Part shown: one piece after another, positions 49,201 through 61,272 of the stretch
Layout: the number at the start of each line of letters is the position of its first letter
Numbering within the stretch: the stretch's first letter is position 1
Assembly: GCA_030390025.1 (NCBI GenBank)
Contig: CM059432.1
Location: 27,096,001 to 27,160,000 of the forward strand
Length of the DNA stretch: 64,000 nt
Source: Squalus acanthias
Lineage: Eukaryota
Direction: 5' to 3'
Program-made: the position numbers and the translations under genes
Notes under the pieces: generated by a model
Databases searched by the model: none
Seen by the model: only the letters and a program-made list of their open reading frames with translations
What the model was told of the DNA's origin: nothing

Positions 49201-49899
49201 CATCCAAACCTGTTGTCTACTGCATCTTTGTTCACAACCCCTAAATAAGTCCAAGGTCTAGAACCAGGGGCGTGGGAGCGATTTGAACCGCTCACTGAGT
49301 CAGAGGTGAGGCTGACCCTACCACCACCACCCCCTACAATGACATGGCTCGCGATTAGTCTGTGAACTCACTCCTCCAGCTGTGTGAGGGGGTGCAGCTC
49401 CGCCTGACTTCGTCCCATGCACTGTTGCTCCCTCCTGTTATGTGAAAGCTTGGCCTGCAAGAAAAAGGACAGCGTGTGAGTGAGTGTGCAGCCATGTGTT
49501 TGACAGATGTGCCTACCATAGTTGAATAGCCATTAATGTCTGCAAGGTGTGAGATGTGGATGTGACTTTTAGTAGATGGGCATAGTTGTTGGGTGAGTGT
49601 TGGGGATTTGGCACTTTATACCGTCTGTGCACAGAGTGAAGTTGAGATGGTGGGACATAGAGGTATTTCATGCATCTACTCACCCTGACCACCCAAGTGA
49701 GGTCGTTGAACTTCATGCAGCACTGCATGTGAGTCCCTTGGACCAGGCTCCTGGATGATACGTAATGGGCAACCTCCCTCCACACCATTGTGAACTCCCG
49801 GGGCAATGGCCTCCTGCCAGTGTCTGGGAACAGCACTGCCCATTGGCGTTCCACAGCTACAACCAGAGCCACCAATGCCTGGTCGCTCTGAGCAGCCAT
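46269..49899 (-). pseudogene. Harbinger Myb/SANT (trihelix) DNA-binding gene, three exons, disrupted by an LTR
   Basis: Exon 1 ~49899-49684 (ALVALVVAVERQWAVLF...WREVAHYV...QCCMKFNDL..VVR|gtgagt). Exon 2 split at 49338/47576. Exon 3 ~47367-46269 ends in the basic tail RRSSRVGRGEVRKGGRSFSKGK*. Confidence 0.8.
47576..49338 (+). mobile_element. Probable long solo LTR (1.76 kb)
   Basis: Ends TGTAGG...CCTACA. TATAA ~48329, AATAAA 49181, internal repeat GCCCGCCAAAA(A)CCTAAGACA at ~48086 and ~48211. TSD is not clean (ACG / ATG). Confidence 0.7.
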
Positions 49900-50311
49900 G
49901 ATAATCTTTGTTGAAGATTTGCACCTCCCTGCAGGCCCAGGTCAAACGCTGCAATGATCAGGGTGAGGCTGTGCAGCATGATGGAACCTCCCCTTTAAGA
50001 ACTGGAAGGCACCAGTCTGTCTGAGTACTAGGTGGTTGACATCGCCTGAGCTTGAGTAGCGCTCTGAGGTAACGCCCTGTTCCTGACAGATGTCACTGTG
50101 GTAATGTCCTGAATGATGGCTGACAGTGACATTACCAGTAAAGATTATATTTTATTTTTATTACACAATTTTCAGGAATTTTTCCTGGTGCTTTGGGTGT
50201 CAAAATACACTATTCTGGCCAATGTTCTGTGAAGAACAATAGGCAGTCTTTATTTTATATAGATTCCTTCACCTGTATAAATATATCCCTTACCATTATG
50301 TAACAATCACA

Positions 50312-50910
50312 GCTTTCATTTATATAGCACCTTTAACGTAGAAAAAATGTAATCAGATGAAAATTAACATCAAACTGCAGAAAGGGTTATTAGGAGTGAC
50401 CAAAGAGGTAGATTTTAAGGAGCGTCTTAAAGGAGCACAGAGGCAGGGAGGATTAGAGAGGAAATTCCAGAGATTAGGACCTAGCCGGCTGAAGGCACGG
50501 CTATCAATGATGGGACGAAGAGAGTGGGGGATGCACAACAGGCCAGAGTTGGAGAAACACAAAGTTCTCGGAGGGCTGTAAGGCTGGAGGAGGTTACAAA
50601 GGTAGGGGGAGGTGAGGCCATGGAGGGTTTTGAGCACGAGGATGAGAATTTTGAATTGGTGGCATTGGAGGACCAGGAGCCAATGTCGATCAGACAGCAC
50701 AGGGATGATGGGTGAGCAGGACATGGTCTGGGATAGGATACTGGGAGAAGAGTTTGGGATGAGCTGAAGTTTATGGACGATGGAGGATGGGAGGCCGAAC
50801 ATTGGAAGAGACTAGCCTGGAGGTGACAATGGCATGGATCAGAGGTCTGGCAGCAGATCCGCTGAGGCAAGGGGATACAGTCAATGTTACGGAGGTGGAA
50901 GTAGTCGATC
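50312..50910 (-). mobile_element. L2 LINE 3' fragment
   Basis: Minus-strand ORF 50353-50802 (KLQLIPNS...HWL...FKIL...LHGL) and L2 tail. Confidence 0.88.
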
Positions 50911-50919
50911 TATGAAGAA

Positions 50920-51150
50920 ACACAGCAAAATTCACCAGTAGGAGATAGTGAGGGTTCAGAGCAAATATATTCCCACAAAGAAAAAGGGTGGGACTCCCAA
51001 ATCTAGAGCCCCCTGGATGTCAAGGGACATACAGGGTAAGATAAGGTAAAAAAGGGAAGCTTTGTCAGATACTGAGAGCTAAATACCGCAGAGAGCCTAG
51101 AGGAATATAGAAAGTGCAGGGGTGAAATTAAAAAGGAAATTAGGAAAGCA
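50920..51150 (+). mobile_element. CR1 ORF2 inter-domain fragment
   Basis: VQSKYIPTKKKGG...APWMSRDIQGKI...LEEYRKCRGEIKKEIRKA, typical of the CR1 EN-RT linker. Confidence 0.7.
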
Positions 51151-51382
51151 CCCGGATCACCGATTGCAACCAAAGTGGAAACGCTACCCCCCTGTCTTTA
51201 ACTTCAGGAATTTAACTTGGCAAATAGAGGGAAGGGGTTAATTACTTGTTGACTGTGAAAAAAATCTTGGGGTGAGGAGGAGTCAGCCAACACAGCAGCA
51301 GTATCAGATATATTGCTAAGTCAATAAATGAAAATTAACGTTGTAATTTTCCAAAGCTGCTTTTCACCTTTAATAAAACATT

Positions 51383-51549
51383 GGGGGAAAAATTTGGTAT
51401 CGACCATTTTGGGCCGCTAATATTGGCCAGGCGCAAAATTTAGCACCCGGCGCAAATTATCGCCGGCGACCGGGAAATTCGTCTCCAGCGCCGCTGGAGG
51501 GACTTGGAGTGCTAAATCAAGTGCTACACACCTCTCTTAGGCGCTAACG
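51383..51549. mobile_element. Harbinger terminal fragment
   Basis: ATT|GGGGGAAAAATTTGG start, with CpG-rich GCGCTAA-type subterminal motifs as at 31183 and 44488. Confidence 0.6.
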
Positions 51550-54500
51550 TCCAGACTAATGATCCAGAGACGTAAGTTCAAATCCCACCACGGCAGCTGG
51601 GGAATTTAAATTCAGTTAATTAAATAAATCTGGAATTTAAAAAAAGCTAGTATCAGTAATGGTAACCATGAAACTATTGGATTGTCGTAAAAACCCATCT
51701 GGTTCACTAATGTCCTTCAGGGAAGGAAATCTGCTGTCCTTACCTGGTCTGGCGTATATGTGACTCCAGACCCACAGCAATGTGGTTGACTCTTAACTGC
51801 CCTCTGAAATGGCCGAGCAAGTCACTCAGTTGTAACTAACCGCTACGAAACACAATAATAAGAATGAAACCGGACGGACCACCCGACATCGACCTCGGCA
51901 CCGGCTACAGACACGGCAACAGCACACCCAGCCCAGTCAAACCTGCAAAGTCCTCCTCACCAACATCTGGGGACTAATGCCAAAAGTGGCAGAGCTGTCC
52001 CATAGACTAGTCAAGCAACAGCCTGACATAGTCATACTCACAGAATCATACCTTTCAGCCAATGTCCCGAACTCCTCCATCACCATCCCTGGGTATGTCC
52101 TGTCCCACTGGCAGGACAGACCCACCAGGGGTGGTGGCACAGTGGTATACAGTTGGGAAGGAGTGGCTCTGGGAGTCCTCAACATTGATGCCGGACCCCA
52201 TGAAGTCTCATGGCTTCAGGTCAAGCATGGGCAAGGAAACCTCCTGCTGATTACCACCTACCGCCCTACCTCAGCTGATGAATCAGTACTCCTCCATGTT
52301 GAACACCACTTGGAAGAAGCACTGAGAGTAGCAAGGGCACGGAATGTACTCTGGGTGGGGGACTTCAATGTCCATCACCAAGAGTAGCTCGGTAGCACCA
52401 CTACTGACTGATCTGGCCGAGTCCTGAAGGACATAACTGCCAGTCTGGGCCTGCGACAGGTGGTGAGTGAACCAACAAGAGGGAAAAACCTATTTGACCT
52501 CGTCCTCACCAATCTACCTGTCGCAGATGCATCTGTCCATGGCAGCAGTGACCACCGCACAGTCATTGTGGAAACGAAGTCCCGTCTTCACATTGAGGAC
52601 ACCCTCCATTGTGTTGTGTGGCACTACCACCGTGCTAAATGGGATAGATTCAGAACAGACCTAGCAGCTCAAAACTGGCCATCCATGAGGCGCTGTGGGC
52701 CATCAGCAGCAGCAGAATTGTATTCCACCACAATCTGTAACCTCATGGCTCAGCATATCCCTCACTCTCTACCATTACCACCAAGCCAGGGGACCAACCC
52801 TGGTTCAACAACGAGTGTAGAAGAGCATGCCAGGAGCAGCACCAGGCGAACCTAAAAATGAGGTGCCAACCTGGGGAAGCTGCAACACAGGACAACATGC
52901 ATGCTAAAAAGCGGAAGCAGCATGCTATAGACAGGGTTAAGCGATCCCACAATCAACGGATCAGATCAAAGCTCTGCAGTCGTGAATAGTGGTGGACCAT
53001 TAAACAACTAACGAGAGGAAGAGGCTGCAAGAATATCCCCATCCTCAATGATGGTGGAGCCCAGCACATGAGTGCAAAAGACAAGGCTGAAGCGTTTGCA
53101 ACCAACTTTAGCCAGAAGTGCCGAGTGGATGATCCATATCGGCCTACTCCCGAGGTCCCCACCATCACAGAAGCCATTCTTCAGCCAATTCGATTCACTC
53201 CACGTGATATTAAGAAACGGCTGAGTGCACTGGATACAGCAAACGCTATGGGCCCCGACAACATCCCGGCTATCGTGCTGAAGACTTGTGCTCCAGAACT
53301 AGCCGCACCTCTAGCCAAGCTGTTCCAGTACAGCTACAACACTGGCATCTATACGAGAATGTGGAGAACTGCCCAGGTATGTCCTGTCCAAAAAAGCAGG
53401 ACAAATCCAACCCGGCAAATTACCGCCCCATCAGTCATCAGCAAAGTGATGGAAGGTGTCACCGACAGTGCTATCAAGCGGCACCTGCTCACTGATGCCC
53501 AGTTTGGGTTCCGCCAAAACCATTCAGCTCCCGACCTCATTCCAGCCTTGATCCAAACATGGACAAAGGAGCTGAATTCCAGAGGTGAGGTGAGAGTGAC
53601 TGCCCTTGACATCAAGGCAGCATTTGACCGAGTCCGGCATCAAGGAGCCCTAGTAAAACTGAAGTCAATGGGAATCAGGGGGAAAACGCTCCACTGGCTG
53701 GAGTCATACCTAGTACAAAGGAAGATGGTTGTGGTGGTTGAAGGTCAATCATCACTGCAGGAGTTCCTCAGGGCAGCGTCCTAGGCCCAACCATCTTCAG
53801 CTGCTTCATCAATGACCTTCTCTCCAACGTAAGGTCAGAAATGGGGATGTTCGCTGATGACTGCACAGTGTTCAGCGCCATTCACAACTCCACAGATAAT
53901 GAAGCAGTCCATGCCCGCATGCAACAAGACCTGGACGATGTTCAGGCTTGGGCTGATAAGTGGCAGGTAACATTCACGCCACGAACGTGCCAGGCAATGA
54001 CTATCTCCAACAAGCGAGAGTCTAACCACCTCCCCTTGACATTCAATGGCATTACCATCACCGAATCACCCACTATCAACATCCTGGGGGGTCACCATTA
54101 ACCAGAAACTTAACTGGACCAGCCACATAAATACTGTGGCAACAAGAGCAGGTCAGAGGCTAGGTATTCTGCGGCGAGTGTCTCACCTCCTGACTCCCTA
54201 AAGCGTTTCCACCATCTACAAGGCACAAGTAAGGAGTGTGATGGAATACTCTCCACTTGCCTGGATGAGTGCAGCTCCAACAACACTCAAGAAGCTCGAC
54301 ACCATCTAGGACAAAGCAGCCGGCTTGATTGGCACCCCATCCACCCCCTTAAACATTCACTCCCTCCACCACCGGTGTACCGTGGCTGCAGTGTGTACCA
54401 TCTACAAGATGCACTGCAGCAACTCGCCAAGGCTTTTTTCGGCAGCACCTCCCAAACCCGCGACCTCTTCCACCTAGAAGGACAAGGGCAGCAGGCGCAT

Positions 54501-54756
54501 GGGAACACCACCATCCCCAGGTTCCCCTCCAAGTCACACACCATCCTGACTTAGAAGTATATCGCTGATCCTTCATCATCGCTGGGTCAAAATCATGGAA
54601 CTCCCTACCTAACAGCACTGTGGGAGTACCATCACCACACGGACAGCAGCGGTTCAAGAAGGCGGCTCACCACCACCTTCTCAAAGGCAACTAGGGATGG
54701 GCAATAAATGCTGCCATTGCCAGCGACGCCCTGATCTCATAAACGAATTAAAAAAA
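51550..54756 (+). mobile_element. Near full-length single-ORF CR1-group LINE with tRNA-derived 5' head
   Basis: Head with B box GTTCAAATCCC. EN motifs NIWGL, ILTESYL, YRP, GDFN, SDH. RT motifs AMGPDNIP, QFGFR, LDIKAAFDRV, FADD. Tail GGGATGGGCAATAAATG...poly(A). Stops and frameshifts present. Confidence 0.92.
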
Positions 54757-54926
54757 CTAAATCATTATCTCTGATATTATGCCCTTTATGATGAAACAGC
54801 CCTATTGTTATAAAATCATGTATCCTTTGTCATTAACAGCATATCTGCTAGGTTTTAATGTTTCTTTTTCAGTTTCCAGTTTCTTTTTTCTGTCTCTTCA
54901 GCCTCATATTACATAAATATTACATA

Positions 54927-55369
54927 TGTGTCAGCTGTGGCTCAGTTGGTCGCACCTTTGCCTCTGAGTCAGAAGGTTGTGGGTTCAAGTCCCGCTCCAG
55001 AGACTTGAGTGCAAAAATCTAGGCTGACACTCCAGTACAGTACTGAGGGAATGCTGCCCTTTCAGATGAGACGGCTGGGTCTGCTCTCTCAGGTGGATGT
55101 AAAAGATCCCATGGCACTATTTCAAAGAAAAACAGGGGAGTTATCACTGGTGCCTGGCCAATGTTTATCTCTCAATCAACATCACTAAAACAGGTTATCT
55201 GGTCATTATCACATTGCTGTTTGTGGGAGCTTGCTGTGCACAAATTGGCTGCCGTGTTTCCTACATTACAACAGTGACTATGCTTCAAAAAGTACTTCAT
55301 TGGCTGTAAAGCACTTTGGGACGTCTGGTGGTTGTGAAAGGCGCTATATAAATGCAAGTCTTTCTTTCT
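54927..55369 (+). mobile_element. SacSINE1/Deu-like SINE
   Basis: A box TGGCTCAGTTGG, B box GGTTCAAGTCC, central GATGTAAAAGATCCCATGGCAC...CATTGCTGTTTGTGGG domain, L2-like tail GGCGCTATATAAATGCAAG. Confidence 0.88.
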
Positions 55370-56029
55370 AATATATTTGTTAGTATTAGTATGACTTAAG
55401 TTTTATAAAATGTTGCACCACTGGGTGGAAAATTACCAGACATGTCACAAGCATCAAGATGACTCTATAAGGCAGACAAAAACTAATTCCAGAAATAAAT
55501 TGTGCACTTTTCTTTTGGCCACATTGAGATCTTTAATCAGGGAATATAAATGAAACAGTAGACTTAGTGAGATAAAATATTTACATTGTCCCTTTATGAA
55601 GCTAAATCACTTGGTCAGAGAACCTGTGCAAAATCATATTTTGCTATTTTTTTTCCACTGATGAAGTGGCTTGAGATTTTTTTAGTCTGACTCATTGGCT
55701 CAGATGACTGTACAGAACAGACATGGTATTGTGCTACTGCCTCTATTCCCTGGCTCTCGTTAGGGCAGATCAAATAGTGATCATTATGTGGAACTTAACC
55801 TTATGCCAGAGACTTCTGGAGAATGTCAGCTCACATTCTTGATTTTGTTTTGCGAGTGAGGAGGAGGGGAGTACTGAGAAACATGATGACGTTTGGTAAG
55901 TTTTGCAAGCGGAAACGTTTTTTGTAGACTTCTCAATGTTACACTTCAGTACACTGATAAAACAATGTTCCTAGGCACTGTGTAGAACCCAGCTGCCGAT
56001 TTGCATTCGATTGAAATGGAAGGAAAGAT

Positions 56030-56735
56030 ATTAGGACTGATTTTGTGAGGCACTGCTGGTAGCACAGGACCTCACTGGCAATGAGTAGGGGGCCTAGAAA
56101 ATTGTGTGCCCAATTCATTGCCAGCTGTAATTTGTGCCGTATGATTGGAGGAAAAAATTAGGCCGCATGACCACCAAGCACGAGCCTCATTTAAATGGAT
56201 AAAATAGTTAAAACAGGTCCCATGCTGAATCTTGTGACTTTAAGCGAGCGCTGCCAGCATCATACAAAATGGATGCATGGCAGTCCTGGGATCTGGTTTG
56301 CTCAAGTCAGCTTCTTAAAGGAAGATGACCGATTCAGTCACTGGTAAAACTCTTTGGGGGCGAAATTAGGCATTTTTGGGGCGCTACGAGGCCTCTTAAT
56401 CTACCAAAATGGCATCCACGACGCACATGCACACTTATGATGGGAAGTGCGCTGGATGCCATATTTGTGAAGGGGTTAGTGCGCGCACACCTAACAATCG
56501 TGGGCAGCATGCAGAACAGGCAGAGCATGACGTCAATCAGCGTGTAGCACAGATTTGACACCAGCGCTGCCATTTTGGAGCTCCATGCTCCAGCCTACGC
56601 CCTCTCTTAAATTCCACAGCTGAGCACGCGTTCAATGGAATGAACGAAACCCCCACCAGTGCTATTTAAAGGTATAATCAACTACTTACATATGGGTGCT
56701 TTTTCATACTTGTTAAAAGTTTCAATAGTCTGGCT
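56030..56735. mobile_element. Harbinger terminal fragments
   Basis: GGACTGATTTT (~56034) and GGGGGCGAAATT (56356) starts; TATTTAAAGG motif as in the other Harbinger 5' ends. Confidence 0.5.
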
Positions 56736-56741
56736 GGTGCA

Positions 56742-58285
56742 ATCTGTTTTAGTGATGTTAATTGAGGGATAAATATTGACCAGGACACCGGAGGATAACT
56801 CACCTGCTCTTCTTCAAAATAGTGTCATATGATCTTTTACATCCACCTGAGAGAGCAGACTGGGCCTCGGTTTAACGTCTCATCTGAAAGACAGCACCTA
56901 CAACAGTGCAGCACTCCCTCAGTACTGCACTGGAGTGTCAGGCTGGATTTTTTTGTGCTCAAGTCTCATGAGTGGGACTTAAACCCACAACCTTCTGACT
57001 CAGAGGCAAGGGTGCTCCCAACTGAGCCATGGCTGACACAGTTGCCCAGGCAAGTGTAGAGTATTCCATCACACTCCTGACTTGTGCCTCGTAGATGGTG
57101 GAAAGGCTTTGGGGAGTCAGGAGGTGAAACATTTGCCGCAGAATACCCAGCCTCTGACCTGCTCTTGTTGCCACAGTATTTATGTGGTTGGTCCAGTTAC
57201 ATTTCTGGTCAATGGTGACCCCCAAGGATATTGATGGTGGGGTATTCAGCGATGGTAATGCCGTTGAATGTCAAGGGGTGGTGATTAGACGCTCGCTTGT
57301 TGCCTGGCACTTGTGTGGTGCGAATGTTACCTGCCACTTATCAGCCTAAGCCTGAATGTCATCCAGGTCTTGTTGCATGCGGGCATGGACTGCTTCATTA
57401 TCTGAGGAGTTGCGAATGGCACTGAACACTGTGCAGTCATCAGCGACAATCCCCACTTCTGACCTTATGATGGAGGGAAGGTCATTGATGAAGCAGCAGA
57501 AGATGATTGGGCCTAGGACACTGCCCTGAGGAACTCCTGCAGTGATGTCCTGGGGCTGAGATGATTGACTTCCGACAACCACCACAACTATCTTCCTTTT
57601 GCTAGGTACGACTCCAGCCAGTGGAGAGTTTTCCCCAATTCCCATTGACTTCAGTTTTACTAGGAGTCCTTGATGCCACACTCGTCAAATGCTGCCTTGG
57701 TGTCAAGGGCAGTTACCCTCATCTCACCTCTGGAATTCAGCTCTTTTGTCCATGTTTGGACGAAGGCTGTAATGAGGTCGGGAGCAGAGTGGTCCTGGAG
57801 GAACCCAAACTGGGCATCAGTGAGCAGGTTATTGGTGAGTAAGTGCCGCTTGACAGCACTGTCGATGACACCTTCCATCACTTTGCTGATGATTGAGAGT
57901 AGACTGATGGGGCGGTAATTGGCCTGATCGGATTTGTCCTGCTTTTTGTGGACAGGACGTACCTGGGCAGTTTTTCACATTGTCGGGTAGATGCTAGTGT
58001 TGTAGCTGTACTGGAACAGTTTGGCCAGGATGTTGTCAGGGCCCATAGCCTTTGCTGTATCCAGTGCGCTCAGCCGTTTCTTGATATCATGTGGAGTGAA
58101 TCGAATTGGCTGAAGACTGGCTTCTTTGATGGTGGGGACCTCAGGAGGAGGCCGATATGGATCATCCACTCGGCACTTCTGGCTGAGGATGGTTGCAAAC
58201 GCTTCAGCTTTGTCTTTTGCACTTGTGTGCTGGGCTCCACCATCATTGAGGATGGGGATATTCATGGAGCCTCCTCCTCCCATTA
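56742..58285 (-). mobile_element. Composite: tRNA-headed-family LINE RT fragment fused to a Deu-SINE (copy 1)
   Basis: 58285-57045 is reverse-homologous to ~53020-54263. 57041-56742 is the reverse of the SINE 5' half. Confidence 0.88.
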
Positions 58286-58289
58286 GTTT

Positions 58290-58386
58290 AAATAAAAACA
58301 GAAAATGCTTGAAATACTTAGCAGGTCAGGCAGCATCTGTGGAGAGAGAAACAGAATTAATACAAGAGCAAAATACTGCGGATGCA
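58290..58386 (-). mobile_element. Penelope-derived repeat fragments (no hammerhead core)
   Basis: AAATAAAAACAGAAAATGCTTGAAATACTTAGCAGGTCAGGCAGCATC, then AGCAAAATACTGCGGATGC. Confidence 0.75.
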
Positions 58387-58389
58387 CCT

Positions 58390-60138
58390 CTTAAAGGGGA
58401 GGTGCATTGTGGCGCTGAGATGATTCTGAATAATGTGCTGTGGAAGAATCAATAATGGCTGACCAGGGGAGAGAGCATGCACCAAGGGTTTTGTACACTG
58501 CACTGGAGATCTTGGTGAAAGAGTTGGAAAAAGGAGAGATGTCCTGCACCCTCAGGGGGGGCTGGAGGCCCTCTAGACACATGCAGTGGCAAGAGATAGC
58601 GGAGGAAATCAATGACAGGAGTGTAGCCCCAAGGACCTGAATGCAGTGCAGGAAGAAGTTTAATGATTTCATATGAGTTGTCAAGGTCAGTGAGTGCATC
58701 TTCAAATGTCATATCCTACCAACTGCACCACTAGCCTCATCCACTGCTCAATTCACTACACCCGCGTCACTCATCTGCCAACAATCTCTATCAATCTGGA
58801 CTCATACCAAACATTCATATGCTTTACCTCACCCTCACTCACATAGCACTGTTGCAAGCCTCGCACCCACATCTAAAAGTGTGCAGCTATTCATCATGAG
58901 CGTCACATTGCCCAAACATATTGCACAGCACTCACCGTCACACTTCCCTCTTTCTTGCATGAGAAGGTGGCACATAACAGGAAGCAGCAGAAATTAACGG
59001 GAGGGGGATAGCTGTGCCTGCATGTTTTAACCCCGATGGAGGAGACAGTGCTGGCCATTATGGTAAAGGCCATTGCTGAGGCCTTGGCCACCGGTGGGGC
59101 TGAAGCCTTTGAAGATTAGGGTATCTGCATATCGACTCCTCCTTCTCTCATCCCACTTCTCCCTCATCCCTCAATCTCTACTGACTTACAAGCTGCAGAT
59201 GGTGTAAGCATGCACTTTGTAATTTCTCCTCTCCTCTCACTACAACCTTACCCTTGTCTCTTTTTTATTTCACACACCCAAGAACTGGAACCTGCCCGGG
59301 CAGTGGAGGAAGAACCAGAAGAAAGTGAAAATGAAGGGACACACTCACTTGATTTAACAGTCGCAGCCACCAGCTCAGACACTGACACTGTGTAATTTAG
59401 AGGATAGAATAGAGGTGGGATCTGCACGTGGTGAGACACCGGGCACAAGTGCGCTGGAGCCAGGGCGGGGGGAAAGGATTGCGCAGGTGCCAGCTTGTCC
59501 GAGGGCGAGGGCAAGGCCGCATATCAGTTCTGTGTAGAGGACTCAGATGAGGACTTCGATGGGCCAGGCTGCAGAATAAGGCTGATGGGTGTAAACACCG
59601 AAATGCTTGGTGCACTGGAAAGCCGGACAGAAAGCTTGCATTCACTGTCAAGGAGCATGGAGGAGTCCAACACCAACTTGGCACAGGGTCTTACGCAGAG
59701 CTTAGAGCCCACCTCCATCAACGCACCTGTGGAGCCAATTTCTTCAGCGTCTGATGGCCGATGTCTCAGCTTCCATTGCAGTACAAGCAGCATCCACCCA
59801 ACGTCTCAGTGCTGCTGTGGAAACTCAGACTCCTGTCATGCAATCTTAGCTTGCTGCCATGGAGGCTTCGACTGCTGCCATCATGGCTCCGGATACCAGT
59901 GTGCAAAGGGGCTTCCAAGGCATTACAGAACTCCATCAATCTGTTCTCCAACAGATATGCTCCTTAAAGACCCTCTGTGGATATGGCCTCCTGCTGAGAG
60001 CACTTCTCCCCCTCCTCCTCCTCCCTCTTCTAGCAACTTGTCCTGCTCTGCACAGCCTCTGCTCATTCTCCCAGTCATGCTCAATGCCAAGAGAAAGGCC
60101 AACCATGTCTGGAAGCAACTGGTTTGTGCACAAGCCTT
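58390..60138 (+). mobile_element. Harbinger Myb/SANT gene remnant (three-exon layout)
   Basis: MADQGREHAPRV...ALEILVKELE...WQEIAEEINDRSVAPRT*MQCRKKFND..VVK|gtcagt at 58456-58690. Later exons resemble 46269-47367. Confidence 0.8.
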
Positions 60139-60144
60139 TAAAAA

Positions 60145-61272
60145 AAAAGAAAGACTTGCATTTATATAGCGCCTTTCATGACCACCTAAAGCGCTTTATA
60201 GCCAATGAAGTACTTTTTGAAGTGTAGTCACTGTTGTAATGTGGGAAAAACGGCAGATAATTTGTGCACAGCAAGCTCACACAAACAGCAATGTGATAAT
60301 GACCAGATAATCTGTTTTAGTGATGTTAATTAAGGGATAAATATTGGCCAGGACACCAGAGGATAACTCCCCTGCTCTTCTTCAAAATAGTGTCATATGA
60401 TCTTTTACATCCACCTGAGAGAGCAGACTAGGTTTCGGTTTAACGTCTCATCTGAAAGACAGCACCTCCAACAGTGCAGCACACCCTCAGTACTGCACTG
60501 GAGTGTCAGGCTGGATTTTTTTGTGCTCAAGTCTCATGAGTGGGACTTGAACCCACAACCTTCTGACTCAGAGGCAAGGGTGCTCCCAACTGAGCCACGG
60601 CTGACACAGTTGCCCAGGCAATTGGAGAGTATTCCATCACACTCCTGACTTGTGCCTCGTAGTTGGTGGAAAGTCTTTGGGGAGTCAGGAGGTGAAACAT
60701 TCGCCGCAGAATACCCAGCCTCTGGCCTGCTCTTGTTGCCATAGTATTTATGTGGTTGGTCCAGTTACATTTCTGGTCAATGGTGACCCCAAGGATATTG
60801 ATGGTGGGGGATTCGGCGATGGTAATGCCATTAAATGCCTAGGGGTGGTGATTAGACACTCGCTTGTTGGAGATAGTCATTGCCTGGCACTTTTGTGGCA
60901 CGAATGTTACCTGCCACTTATCAGCCTAAGCCTGAATGTCATCCAGGTCTTGCTGCATGCGGGCATGGACTGCTTCATTATCTAAGGAGTTGCGAATGGC
61001 ACTGAACACTGTGCAGTCATCTGCGAACATCCCCACTTCTGGAGGGAAGGTCATTCATGAAGCAGCTGAAGATGGTTGGTCCTAGGACACTGCCCTGAGG
61101 AACTCCTGCAGCGATGTCCTGGGGCTGAGATGATTGACCTCCAACAACCACAACCATCTTCCTTTTTGCTAGGTATGACTCCAGCCAGTGGAGAGTTTTC
61201 CCCAATTCCCATTGACTTCAATTTTACTAGGAGTCCTTGATGCCACACTCGGTCAAATGCTGCCTTGATGTC
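60145..61272 (-). mobile_element. Composite: LINE RT fragment fused to a full Deu-SINE (copy 2)
   Basis: SINE 60145-60609, LINE 60612-61272. The junction is the same as in copy 1. Confidence 0.88.

Larger units (their letters stand above)
44488..50090. mobile_element. Near-complete PIF/Harbinger transposon with convergent transposase and Myb/SANT genes (right terminus not found)
   Basis: Left terminus GGGGGAAAATTTCAGTTGGTTAGCG. Transposase on +, three-exon Myb gene on -. Confidence 0.88.
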
